A DNA stretch of 64,000 nt from a virus (lineage: Duplodnaviria; Caudoviricetes). The position numbers were made by a program, and so were the translations under genes. The notes below the pieces were generated by a model. It had not been told where the DNA came from, ran no database searches, and worked only from the letters and a program-made list of their open reading frames with translations. Position 1 is the stretch's first letter. The number at the start of each line of letters is the position of its first letter. Positions 39,379-48,190 of this stretch are shown piece by piece. The stretch lies in the IMG/VR virus record IMGVR_UViG_3300034272_001608, positions 2,105 to 66,104 of that record; one strand, given 5' to 3'.

Positions 39379-41217
39379 TTATCGAGCGTAATTGTTTGCA
39401 ACAGGTGCTTTAGTAGGATTTGAAGCTGTGGTAACATTTACAATATAATCTTTGAATCCTTGCTCATTTAGTTTATCATAAATAAGTTTTTGAATTTTTT
39501 CATCGCTAAATCCTGGAGGTGCCGTAATATCTATTTTAATTGCTCCCGCAATTTCAACTTTTGAGTTCTGTCCTCCCGTTTGTGCGGCACTTCCTGTTGT
39601 GGCATAAGCATCTCTAACTTGTGTTTCTCGTCCTTCAATAAGAGATGAAATTGGCTTACCTCCAGCAGTCTTTTGTTCTTCAGCTTTTGGAGCAACCTTT
39701 CCAAGTACATAATCATAACCTTGTTGCATCGCCCTTTCAATTGCGGTTTTGTCTGTGGTGTTTGCCCTAGCTTCCTCAATTGCCTTTTTCATAGTATCTT
39801 TGAACTTTTCGTTGACTTGTCCTGCTTGATTTCCTGCTCGTTCAAAATACTTTGAGAGTGCGTCTGTCGTAGACATGTTATTTTTGAATATATCATCTTT
39901 CAGTTGTCCAACATCACTTAAAGCTCTCTCACTTTCTCTTCTTATATCTTTTGTGGAGCCAGCGTTTGAAACCGCACCAGTAAGTGCCGAAGCACCTCTA
40001 CGAATACCTTCTCTTGTGTCTAATACCTGTCCCGCACTTACCGCCCCACCAACAACTTTAGCTCTAATTGCTGCAACATCGTTCTTAGTTATTTCAGAAA
40101 GATTCATTTGTGACCTTGCAAGTTCTTCTAATGTTTTGGGTCCTTCCTTTTGTTCTTTAATTAACTTATCAAACTCATCCTGAGTAAGTTCACTTAACTT
40201 TCTTGTTTGTTCGATACCTGAATCATCTTTTATTTTAACTTCATATTCACCACCTTCACCCATCTTAGCAATGTTTGCTAAGTATTGTTTGTCATCCTCT
40301 TTTATATTTAAACCAGCCGCACCTATCGCAGAAATTCTTTTATCAGCCTCAGCCGCAGCTAAACCTAATTTTGACATTTCTTTTGCAGAAACACCTGTCT
40401 GTTGTTCCATTTCCCTAAGAGTAAGAACACCTTGAGGATTAATTTTAAATGTTTTTGTTTTTTCGTCGAAGTATGTAAATTGTTTTGCTACGTCAACTAA
40501 ACTATCTTGTAACGCGCCTGGGTCATTAATTGATGCGTTCATTAATGCAAATGGGTCGGCTAAATTTCCTGCCGCAACTCCCAGTCTTTGGAATGCCGCA
40601 GCTGTTTCAATCGCTCCTTCAGGACTTAATACTCTATCAGCCAATCTGAATGTCTCGCTCATGTCAAATCTTAACATAGAAGCTTGTGCCGCCATCTTAG
40701 TTAAACCAAGAACTCCACCCTCAAATTGGTAACGGTTCATTTGTTCCATGTTTTGGGTAACATCTCCCATAACCGCCTTGGCGTTACCACCAATACTTTG
40801 AATATATTGTACAGATTCTTCTAAAGCCTCGGGTATTGTTTCGATACCCGCCCCAATGTCTGAAAAAGCTTTAGTAAGAGTTTGTGCATCTAGACCTAAA
40901 ACTTTGTTAGCAGCAAATAATTTTTCAACATCTTCAGTATTGGCAATTACATTCCTTCTTGATTCAGCCGCAACTTTTCCAATAATATCTGCAACATCTT
41001 TAATGTCACCACCTAACCTTGTTACATTGGGTGTTGCATCCGCAAGTGCAGTAGATATTTCACTAATACGTTGTCTACCTTGAGTAAAAGTTTCGTTTAC
41101 TTGGTTGGAGTATTCTGATAATGCGTCTGATGCGGCGGTGAATGCCTTAAGGTCAAGGGTTAGTTGTCGTTGGACATCTTCACCAAATTTTTCCGCGGTA
41201 CTTTTTTCGTCTGCCAT
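39379..41217 (-). CDS. Tape measure-like protein
   Basis: Ala/Gln-rich helical 612-aa protein directly downstream of tube and chaperone genes. Confidence 0.7.
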   Translation of the reverse strand: MADEKSTAEKFGEDVQRQLTLDLKAFTAASDALSEYSNQVNETFTQGRQRISEISTALADATPNVTRLGGDIKDVADIIGKVAAESRRNVIANTEDVEKLFAANKVLGLDAQTLTKAFSDIGAGIETIPEALEESVQYIQSIGGNAKAVMGDVTQNMEQMNRYQFEGGVLGLTKMAAQASMLRFDMSETFRLADRVLSPEGAIETAAAFQRLGVAAGNLADPFALMNASINDPGALQDSLVDVAKQFTYFDEKTKTFKINPQGVLTLREMEQQTGVSAKEMSKLGLAAAEADKRISAIGAAGLNIKEDDKQYLANIAKMGEGGEYEVKIKDDSGIEQTRKLSELTQDEFDKLIKEQKEGPKTLEELARSQMNLSEITKNDVAAIRAKVVGGAVSAGQVLDTREGIRRGASALTGAVSNAGSTKDIRRESERALSDVGQLKDDIFKNNMSTTDALSKYFERAGNQAGQVNEKFKDTMKKAIEEARANTTDKTAIERAMQQGYDYVLGKVAPKAEEQKTAGGKPISSLIEGRETQVRDAYATTGSAAQTGGQNSKVEIAGAIKIDITAPPGFSDEKIQKLIYDKLNEQGFKDYIVNVTTASNPTKAPVANNYAR

Positions 41218-41249
41218 AATAATTTTAATAACCTATATTATATAAATAC

Positions 41250-41275
41250 AAAAGGACTGATTTTTCAGTCCTTTT
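41250..41275. terminator. Intrinsic terminator after chaperone locus
   Basis: AAAAGGACTGA-tttt-TCAGTCCTTTT 11-bp stem; contains the stop codon of the +1-frame ORF. Confidence 0.8.
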
Positions 41276-41444
41276 TATTATCTTCTAACCATTTATCTAA
41301 AAGATATTTCCTAACAAACAATGGCATAATTAAGAAATCTTGATAAGAGATGTTTAATAATTTGTTTAAATAATAGAATTCGTCTATTTGTCCTTTTCTA
41401 TAATCAGAAGAAAGGACGAAAAAAGTCGACCCCAAAGCCAACAT
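41265..41444 (-). CDS. Tail chaperone second ORF (T4 gp51-like / GT-type extension), probably reached by +1 frameshift
   Basis: Not in ORF track (59 aa). (MLALGST)FFVLSSDYRKGQIDEFYYLNKLLNISYQDFLIMPLFVRKYLLDKWLEDNKKD, in the +1 frame overlapping the end of the upstream gene. Confidence 0.75.
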   Translation of the reverse strand: MLALGSTFFVLSSDYRKGQIDEFYYLNKLLNISYQDFLIMPLFVRKYLLDKWLEDNKKD

Positions 41445-42147
41445 TCACTGTAAGCTTTTCTCCTGACGGGGCCAATATTGTTCTATTTAAATCTAATCGT
41501 GGTTCATTGTCATCCATAAATTGTCTGATATACTTTGAATCTGCAATTGGCATCTGCTCGATGAACTTTGCAATCTCCGCCTTATCAGTTACCCCATTAA
41601 TCTCGATTATTTGTTTGTTTAATCTCCAAGTAACTTTTGGAACCGTTCTACCTTGTGGGTAAGAGTCGGCCATTTTTTGAACGTCCATAATTTCACCATA
41701 AGTCATTGGTTTAAGTTTAACACTCGTTTGTGACTTTGGTAAAGTTGTTATGAATGTACCGTCTTCTTGTGGTTCTTGACCTTTAATAATTTCCAAAGAG
41801 TCTAATCTAACCGTTCCCTTGAATGGTTTTTTAGTGGAGGGGTCAATTAAATTTAAATCAATTTCAGGACCAAAAGCAGTATTTCTTAAAAAGATTAATA
41901 TTGCTTCAATGTCACCTTCCATTAAATCCTCAATACGAACATCTGGTTCGTATATCTTTGCTCTCAATAATGACTGTGTCATATCTGTACCACCACCCAT
42001 TAAGATATTCTCGTCACTTGCCGTAAGATAACCTACTTTAATAGATTTCTTTTTGTTTTTGTAGAATACACCTTGTGTTGGTAAAGGAACTACATCATGT
42101 GGTAATGAAAAGTTTGCTTGACCGTATTCTTTTGCTTGATTGTCCAT
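41404..42147 (-). CDS. Tail/baseplate-hub assembly chaperone (T4 gp26-like)
   Basis: VPLPTQGVFY, LTASDENIL, GD.EAILIFLR..AFG, C-terminal GVDFFRP; between tube and tape measure. Confidence 0.8.
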   Translation of the reverse strand: MDNQAKEYGQANFSLPHDVVPLPTQGVFYKNKKKSIKVGYLTASDENILMGGGTDMTQSLLRAKIYEPDVRIEDLMEGDIEAILIFLRNTAFGPEIDLNLIDPSTKKPFKGTVRLDSLEIIKGQEPQEDGTFITTLPKSQTSVKLKPMTYGEIMDVQKMADSYPQGRTVPKVTWRLNKQIIEINGVTDKAEIAKFIEQMPIADSKYIRQFMDDNEPRLDLNRTILAPSGEKLTVNVGFGVDFFRPFF

Positions 42148-42149
42148 AT

Positions 42150-42187
42150 AAAAAATTAACCGTAAAGTTTATGTGCTTTACGGTTAA
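42150..42187 (-). terminator. Terminator/attenuator hairpin between tube and chaperone genes
   Basis: TTAACCGTAAAG-8nt-CTTTACGGTTAA 12-bp stem (42156-42187) followed by a U6 run on the minus strand. Confidence 0.7.
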
Positions 42188-42219
42188 ATATAATTGTAAT
42201 TAGTTTTTTATAAATAGTA

Positions 42220-42708
42220 TTAGTATACTAACACACATCTATCCATTCTCAAAGTTGCCGCGATTGTTGCTAAACCGTCTTGGTTATAAGCCAAGGTGTT
42301 AAAGTTAACATCTGTTAGGAATGTACCATATAGAATCCACTTTTCAACAACAACACCCGTTGGGTCCAACATCTCAAGGTCCACATCTTTTTTGTAACCC
42401 GCTGCATATCCCATACGACCTGTTACTGACTCGGCGTGTAAACGCACCCACTCCATAAGAGCTTGTGCCGCAGAAGGTCCAATTGGGTCTCTGAATGTTA
42501 CGTTAATTGTTTGCCAGTTAAATCTACCTGCAACATATGTTGAGGTGTTCAAAAATGGAATCTCTGTCGCCCCAATTGTAATGTGTGGTCTAGCCGCAGA
42601 TTCTACGAACCACTCATTAATACCTAAACTTGATGGAAACCTTAGAATGAATCGGTTTTGACGTTTCGGTTCGTAAGGAATCGGCATTTTCATCAGTAAA
42701 TCAGCCAT
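42220..42708 (-). CDS. Tail tube protein (T4 gp19-like)
   Basis: EPKRQNRF, YVAGRFNWQTINVTFRD, YKKD..L.MLDPTG.VVEKW.L.G.F. Confidence 0.92.
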   Translation of the reverse strand: MADLLMKMPIPYEPKRQNRFILRFPSSLGINEWFVESAARPHITIGATEIPFLNTSTYVAGRFNWQTINVTFRDPIGPSAAQALMEWVRLHAESVTGRMGYAAGYKKDVDLEMLDPTGVVVEKWILYGTFLTDVNFNTLAYNQDGLATIAATLRMDRCVLVY

Positions 42709-42798
42709 ATTATTTAAATTTTGTTTCTATGTTTATAACGATAAATATATCCGTTTGAAAAATTTTTCTCTTTACTTATTTTTTTAAAAACGGTATTC

Positions 42799-43629
42799 TT
42801 ATTTTACTTCCTTTTTAGTGCCTCCAGCAGTAGAATAAGTCTTAACTATATTATCTGGTTTATTTTTAAAATGCTTTTGCATTACTTCTATATTTCTAGG
42901 GTCATCGTCACTAAAACCTATTGTTGGTTCTGCTGGAATAAATTTATTACCTATATCATTTTTTAAGTAAGCTCTTTTATTTAGAACTGCTGCCATCCCT
43001 TTAATATAACTCACAAAATCTTCCATTGCACGGACCTTCGCCTCTTCAGGATTTTGAGCCCCCTTATCGTCCCCAAAAGAAACGGGGTGGTATTTGTTAA
43101 GTTCTAAATATGACTTGATTAATTCATCGTCGCTCATTTCGTCTTCACCAACAAACGACCTATATTTTTTTAAATTTTTAATCAACTCTTCTTTGTCAAT
43201 ACCATTAAACCCTTCTATAATATAATTGTAGACAGCTTCTTTTAAAGTGCTTGGGTTATGACCTCTCGCAGTAATGATTGAAAAAATTGACCCGTTATTA
43301 ATCGCCTCTCTAAAATCATCAAAAGCTGGACCAGTTTTGGCTCTCATTGCATCCACTAAAAAATCTTTATCTCCCTCGGTTCTAAAATTTCTAAAAGGAT
43401 TTTCTCCAAACCCTACAATCATTTTACCCTTATATTCAAAAGGTTCTTTTCCAATATGATGTCTATGTTCCGCAAAATCATCAGTAGACATTCCAACTTC
43501 ATCTCCGTCCTCATCTTTTACAATAATTTTTGTAGGCATGTGGACAATATTGTCGTCCCAATCGAACGCATAATATTTTAAATCTGGTGAACCCTCACCC
43601 TTAAACCCTTCTGTAAACTCTTTTCTCAT
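42799..43629 (-). CDS. HAD-superfamily phosphatase-like protein
   Basis: Motif I FDWDDNI, motif II IITARG, Lys in EEAK, motif IV GFSDDD. Confidence 0.7.
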   Translation of the reverse strand: MRKEFTEGFKGEGSPDLKYYAFDWDDNIVHMPTKIIVKDEDGDEVGMSTDDFAEHRHHIGKEPFEYKGKMIVGFGENPFRNFRTEGDKDFLVDAMRAKTGPAFDDFREAINNGSIFSIITARGHNPSTLKEAVYNYIIEGFNGIDKEELIKNLKKYRSFVGEDEMSDDELIKSYLELNKYHPVSFGDDKGAQNPEEAKVRAMEDFVSYIKGMAAVLNKRAYLKNDIGNKFIPAEPTIGFSDDDPRNIEVMQKHFKNKPDNIVKTYSTAGGTKKEVK

Positions 43630-43635
43630 TTGGCT

Positions 43636-43657
43636 AAAGGGGGGAATTAATCCCCCC
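43636..43657 (-). terminator. Hairpin after tail sheath gene (weak terminator or mRNA stabiliser)
   Basis: GGGGGGA-attaa-TCCCCCC stem; only a short U tract on the minus strand. Confidence 0.6.
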
Positions 43658-43668
43658 GTTAATTATTA

Positions 43669-46600
43669 TTAGATATTTTCAAACGAAGCTCCTGTTGGAG
43701 TGATGAAGAATTCGATGTCGATGAATTCTAACGCCTTCGTTGGTTTTAAGTATATCTTACCTGTTAATGTGTTTCTATCTAAGTCTTCAGGTGTTGAAGA
43801 AACTGTTACACGGAAATCGTATAAACCTCTGTCTCTTCTGATTGAGTCTAAGATAGGGTTAACACTATCCAAGAATTGTTGTCTAACGATTTGGTCGTTT
43901 TGTTCGAACAATAATCTTACCGCTACCGCTGAAATCAACTTACGAGCTTGAAGTAATAATCTTCTTACGTTCAATCTGTTAAGTGCTGTGTCAGCAACTT
44001 GTAACGTTTTGTTACCCCAAATTACAGTTCCTACATCAGAGAAGGTTGCGATAGGGTTAATTCTACCTTGGTATAATGTGTCTCTATCTTCTTGAGTCAA
44101 CTTAGTTCTCGCCTTAATTGAGTTCACAAGACCTCTTGTGTAACCCGCTGATGCGAACCATGGGAATGCAATGTTATCTGTTAACGCTAAGTTTCTACAA
44201 ACTTCACCTGTTGGAGGTAAGTAGATTTGTGTATTGTTTACAGTATCTCTTACTAAAATCCATGGGTAGTAAGTCGCCGTATAGTTAGAATCAATTCCTG
44301 TGTTATCTAAGTTATCAACCGCCTCTTGTGGGTAGATGATATCTAATGAGTTTGTTCCATCAGGAGTAAACATTAGGTAATCAGGAGTTGTTGCGATATA
44401 CACAGAATCAGCTCTTGAGTATTGTACCATGTCGATAGCCTCCTCAACAAGGTTTGAGTTATTTACATAATCAATTGCTGAAGTTGCGAATACGTTAATG
44501 TTAGTTGACTCGGGGTTAGCAAATGTTAAGATACCAAGTAAGTAAGCGTAATAGTCAGTGTTTGCAAAATCTTGAGTATTGTTTTGAACAACGATTCTCT
44601 TGAATAAACCTTGACCTGTCGCTGTTGGGTATCTTGCTGATACAGAAGCTCCCGCTAAATAACCTGTAGAACCTAATTGGAATCTATCTAAGTTTGTTCT
44701 TGATTCTCTATAAATGTCCCAACCATCAAATCCACCCGCAAAACATACTGTGTATTTTCTTGAGTAAATAAAGTAGTAAGGGTTTTCTTGTGTTTCTGGG
44801 TCTCTTGTAAAGTTAGCAACGCCACATTCAAAAGCAGTTTCACCACTTGTTAAGAATGAGTTTGATATTGTACAAACAGTTGCACCTGAGTCCATGTGGA
44901 AACCTTTACTTAAGTAATTCCAAGGTGTTCCGTCTACAGGTAAAGCTGATGCCACCCAGTTAGATGGATTTTGTGTTCCTTTATATTGTAAGAATGAATC
45001 ATCAATCCCAAATTGACTTGAGAAACCTAAGTAACTTCTTCTTATGATGTCTCCAGCTGATTCGGTTGCATTTGCCGCTGAACCAAATGGAGGGTTGTAT
45101 ATTGTTTCTCCAGGGTAGTAATATTTTGTTTTAAATTGAGGTACTGGTGATGGGTTCAATACTGAAGCATATTCTCTTTGAGTATATCCATAGAATCCAC
45201 AAGGAATTGCATCAATTGGTGCTTCATCCGCCATCTCAACCATTATATATCTTGATACTAAAGCGTACTCTCCATTAGATGAACCAATTTTCTTAGCCAC
45301 AAAGTTGTTAGAACCTGGGTCCATATTACAGTTTGTGAATTTCTCAATAACCACAGGGTTAGCGTCAGTGTCAAAGAAATTTCTTACTAAGACATCAAAT
45401 GTCATGTTATTAAATGAAAGGTTTGCGATAGACACTTTAACTTCAGTGTTTGCTGCGTCTCCATCAGATATTGAGATGAATTTGAATAAGTTATAAACCT
45501 TATTACCTCTTAATTCTGAAACTAAGAATGGTGTACTTGGTGATTTATATTGTGTTACGTTATAAGCAATAGACTGTGGGTCTTGACTTCTAGCACCTTC
45601 AAGTGCAATTAAATCACAACTTAGACCACGAATGTAACCTTGGTTGTAAGCGTAATTTAAAGAACCAGGATAAATTTCTTCAACATATACTGGTACCTCA
45701 TTTCTTGATTTACCAAAGTTATCAATTCCTAAAACTTTAGTAATATATTTAGATGAAGCTGCAGACATAGAAGTTTCAAAAGAGAAATTATCTCCGTCTT
45801 TAGTTACACCTGATAGTAAGAATGTTTCAAATGGTAATTGAGTAACTCCTGAATATTGTTCAGTACAAACCATTTGTAAGTCAGTTAATCCACTAACTTC
45901 ATAAACAGGACCGTGTAAATCAGTTTCTGTACTATTACTATAAAGAGAGATACCTCTTGAACGTAAAGTCGCAATAACCATATTATTATAATCTGTGTAA
46001 GCAGTACCAGAATAAACATATGAGTTACCTGTAATTGTTCCTGTGTAATTACCGTTACCTAAAGACACCAAGTTAGATACTACATAATAAAACGAGTATC
46101 CTGAATACGCATTACCTGAAGTAATATCAAAGTTTGCGTAATACCAAGGGTCGTTATTATCAGAACTTAAATCGTTTGATGTTAAATTAACAGATTCAAC
46201 TCCATACTCATTTACAATATTAGAATATGATAAAGATAAATTATCATAATCGGTTTCAGGGATTGAACCGTACACTACAGCAGTTGTTGCGGATAATGAC
46301 GGGTCATCCATTACAGAATCCAAATTAGTAGTAAAATCTAAACTTAAAGAAGATGTACTTCCATCAGATAATCTATATTGATTATTTAAATTAACTGTTA
46401 CAGGTCCAGGTAATGAACCAGACGTGAATATAAATGTATTACCACTTGACGTTCCTGAAAATTCAGCGATAAACGGAGAACCAGTAGATGGATTAGTTCC
46501 GATAGTTAGTGGGTCTACGTTTGCCGTTACCTTGATGCTCCAAGACGGACCAGCGTCGTATCCTGACAATCCTAAAATTCTCGTTACGAAAAGTTGATTA

Positions 46601-46869
46601 GATTGTTGTAGATAAGATTTGGCGATGTACGCCGCTTCGTATTTAGGGATTTGTGTATTAACAAATTTTGTAGGTTCTGTTCCCCCAAAATATGCTTGAA
46701 ACTCATCGTAATTTGTGATAAATATAGGTTCGAAAGCGGGACCTTTAATTGTTTCCCCTACCAATCCTAATGTAGTTACACCCACACTCTGAGCAACAAA
46801 TGATAAGTCGGTTTCAGACGTGTATACTCCAGGTGATACATATACCTTTTGATTTACTTGTGTTGCCAT
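43669..46869 (-). CDS. Contractile tail sheath protein (T4 gp18-like), enlarged
   Basis: SPGVYTSETD, G.T.KGPAFEP, PWFASAGYTRG, INPI, WGNKTL, LNVRRLL, FEQND, IYLKPTKALEFI. Confidence 0.95.
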   Translation of the reverse strand: MATQVNQKVYVSPGVYTSETDLSFVAQSVGVTTLGLVGETIKGPAFEPIFITNYDEFQAYFGGTEPTKFVNTQIPKYEAAYIAKSYLQQSNQLFVTRILGLSGYDAGPSWSIKVTANVDPLTIGTNPSTGSPFIAEFSGTSSGNTFIFTSGSLPGPVTVNLNNQYRLSDGSTSSLSLDFTTNLDSVMDDPSLSATTAVVYGSIPETDYDNLSLSYSNIVNEYGVESVNLTSNDLSSDNNDPWYYANFDITSGNAYSGYSFYYVVSNLVSLGNGNYTGTITGNSYVYSGTAYTDYNNMVIATLRSRGISLYSNSTETDLHGPVYEVSGLTDLQMVCTEQYSGVTQLPFETFLLSGVTKDGDNFSFETSMSAASSKYITKVLGIDNFGKSRNEVPVYVEEIYPGSLNYAYNQGYIRGLSCDLIALEGARSQDPQSIAYNVTQYKSPSTPFLVSELRGNKVYNLFKFISISDGDAANTEVKVSIANLSFNNMTFDVLVRNFFDTDANPVVIEKFTNCNMDPGSNNFVAKKIGSSNGEYALVSRYIMVEMADEAPIDAIPCGFYGYTQREYASVLNPSPVPQFKTKYYYPGETIYNPPFGSAANATESAGDIIRRSYLGFSSQFGIDDSFLQYKGTQNPSNWVASALPVDGTPWNYLSKGFHMDSGATVCTISNSFLTSGETAFECGVANFTRDPETQENPYYFIYSRKYTVCFAGGFDGWDIYRESRTNLDRFQLGSTGYLAGASVSARYPTATGQGLFKRIVVQNNTQDFANTDYYAYLLGILTFANPESTNINVFATSAIDYVNNSNLVEEAIDMVQYSRADSVYIATTPDYLMFTPDGTNSLDIIYPQEAVDNLDNTGIDSNYTATYYPWILVRDTVNNTQIYLPPTGEVCRNLALTDNIAFPWFASAGYTRGLVNSIKARTKLTQEDRDTLYQGRINPIATFSDVGTVIWGNKTLQVADTALNRLNVRRLLLQARKLISAVAVRLLFEQNDQIVRQQFLDSVNPILDSIRRDRGLYDFRVTVSSTPEDLDRNTLTGKIYLKPTKALEFIDIEFFITPTGASFENI

Positions 46870-46990
46870 TCTTTAAATTATTCTATTGCAGATTTATTTT
46901 ATTGATAAATATTAGTATCTGAATGAAAAAACTTGACTTTTGAATATCTATTTATAAACAGTATGAATTAATTCTGCCTTTTTTCTACCT

Positions 46991-47152
46991 ATGAAAACAA
47001 CTAAAGAAATAAAGAACATTAAAATATCCCCTGAAGTACACGAGGTACTAAAAAAGTACTGTGATAAACGTGGGATAAAGATTTATAAATTTTTGGAAAA
47101 TCTGATACTGGAAAAGTGTAAAGAAAAAAAAGATATATACGGAGAGAATTAA
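46991..47152 (+). CDS. Small ribbon-helix-helix-like DNA-binding protein
   Basis: Not in ORF track (53 aa): MKTTKEIKNIKISPEVHEVLKKYCDKRGIKIYKFLENLILEKCKEKKDIYGEN; beta-strand then helix-G-helix; TATTTAT at 46949-46955. Confidence 0.75.
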   Translation: MKTTKEIKNIKISPEVHEVLKKYCDKRGIKIYKFLENLILEKCKEKKDIYGEN

Positions 47153-48189
47153 ACTAATTGGGAATCAAACTGAATTGAAGCCTCTTGGGTATTGTCCGTT
47201 TTAATAATATCAATTCTTAATACGTCGTTTGTCGTTATTTGTATTTCTTGAACATCACTACCAAAATAATCGTCGTTAATATAAACATCATAACTTTCAA
47301 CATTTGTTGAATTAGTAAATGTCATATTAGCAGTGAAATCAATTACATCGTTTAAACTAGTGTTTCCAACAACGTATAAAAAGTTTGATAAAAATTCATC
47401 TGGATTTTTTGGATACTTGTTTTTTCTATTCTTTAAAAGAGTTGTATCTAATTCCATAATCTGTGATACTCTGGCAATTGCAGGTTTTACTTGAAATTCT
47501 TCTTCGTCAATCAAATAACCCAACATTGTAAAGTCATAGTTTTGAACAAAATATTTTCTTGAATCCATATTCATTTGAGATTCATCAGAAATGTTATTCA
47601 ATACAATTGGAACGTATTGTCCTTTTATAAATGTATAGGCTTGTCTTGATGAAAACTTCTGCATAATCACTTTGTTTAGTTGATTAAGCTCTCTCATTCT
47701 ATTACAAATGATTTTAACACTGTAATTTATATCTACAGGTACGGGTTGGGGTATTGTATAAATGTCCATACCTTGTTCGTTTCCATTCCAAGTTGGAACT
47801 GAGGCATAATAGAATTGTTTTCTATTTGGTATTGTGTACTGTAATGATGGATTTGTTCCAAACTTAACTTCAGGTTGTCTCACCACAGTAATGAATGGAG
47901 GTTCGGGGTTGTAATCCAAATTAGTAAACAATGCGGTCTCAACATACTGAGTCCAGTTTTGAGTTGTTATAATAATATCAACCATAGGTACAATCTTACC
48001 TGATGTTATAACCTGTAAATCTTCCTTAACAAAATCCAACATACCTCTATCCAAATCAGCATGTAATACCGACTTAGGAAGATAAGTTCCGTCTTCATTA
48101 ATGTACTCAAGTAATTGTTCTCTACGAGCAGACAATGTCTTTTTTGGTACTAAAGGTAATGTAGGTTTAACCTGTTTTGGTAACGGCAT
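47149..48189 (-). CDS. Tail terminator / sheath stabiliser (T4 gp15-like)
   Basis: PPFITVVR, PQPVPVDINYSVKI...ELNQL...F pattern; upstream of sheath. Confidence 0.7.
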   Translation of the reverse strand: MPLPKQVKPTLPLVPKKTLSARREQLLEYINEDGTYLPKSVLHADLDRGMLDFVKEDLQVITSGKIVPMVDIIITTQNWTQYVETALFTNLDYNPEPPFITVVRQPEVKFGTNPSLQYTIPNRKQFYYASVPTWNGNEQGMDIYTIPQPVPVDINYSVKIICNRMRELNQLNKVIMQKFSSRQAYTFIKGQYVPIVLNNISDESQMNMDSRKYFVQNYDFTMLGYLIDEEEFQVKPAIARVSQIMELDTTLLKNRKNKYPKNPDEFLSNFLYVVGNTSLNDVIDFTANMTFTNSTNVESYDVYINDDYFGSDVQEIQITTNDVLRIDIIKTDNTQEASIQFDSQLV

Positions 48190-48190
48190 A

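Noticed and set aside
41390-41424. -1 frameshift at C TTT TTT in the chaperone gene
   Set aside because: The -1 frame stops after about a dozen codons (SSFLLIIEKDK*); the protein-like extension is in the +1 frame.
15498-46869. Bacterial extracellular contractile injection system or tailocin
   Set aside because: Neck proteins and a phage-type replication set are interleaved, and no cellular housekeeping context is present.
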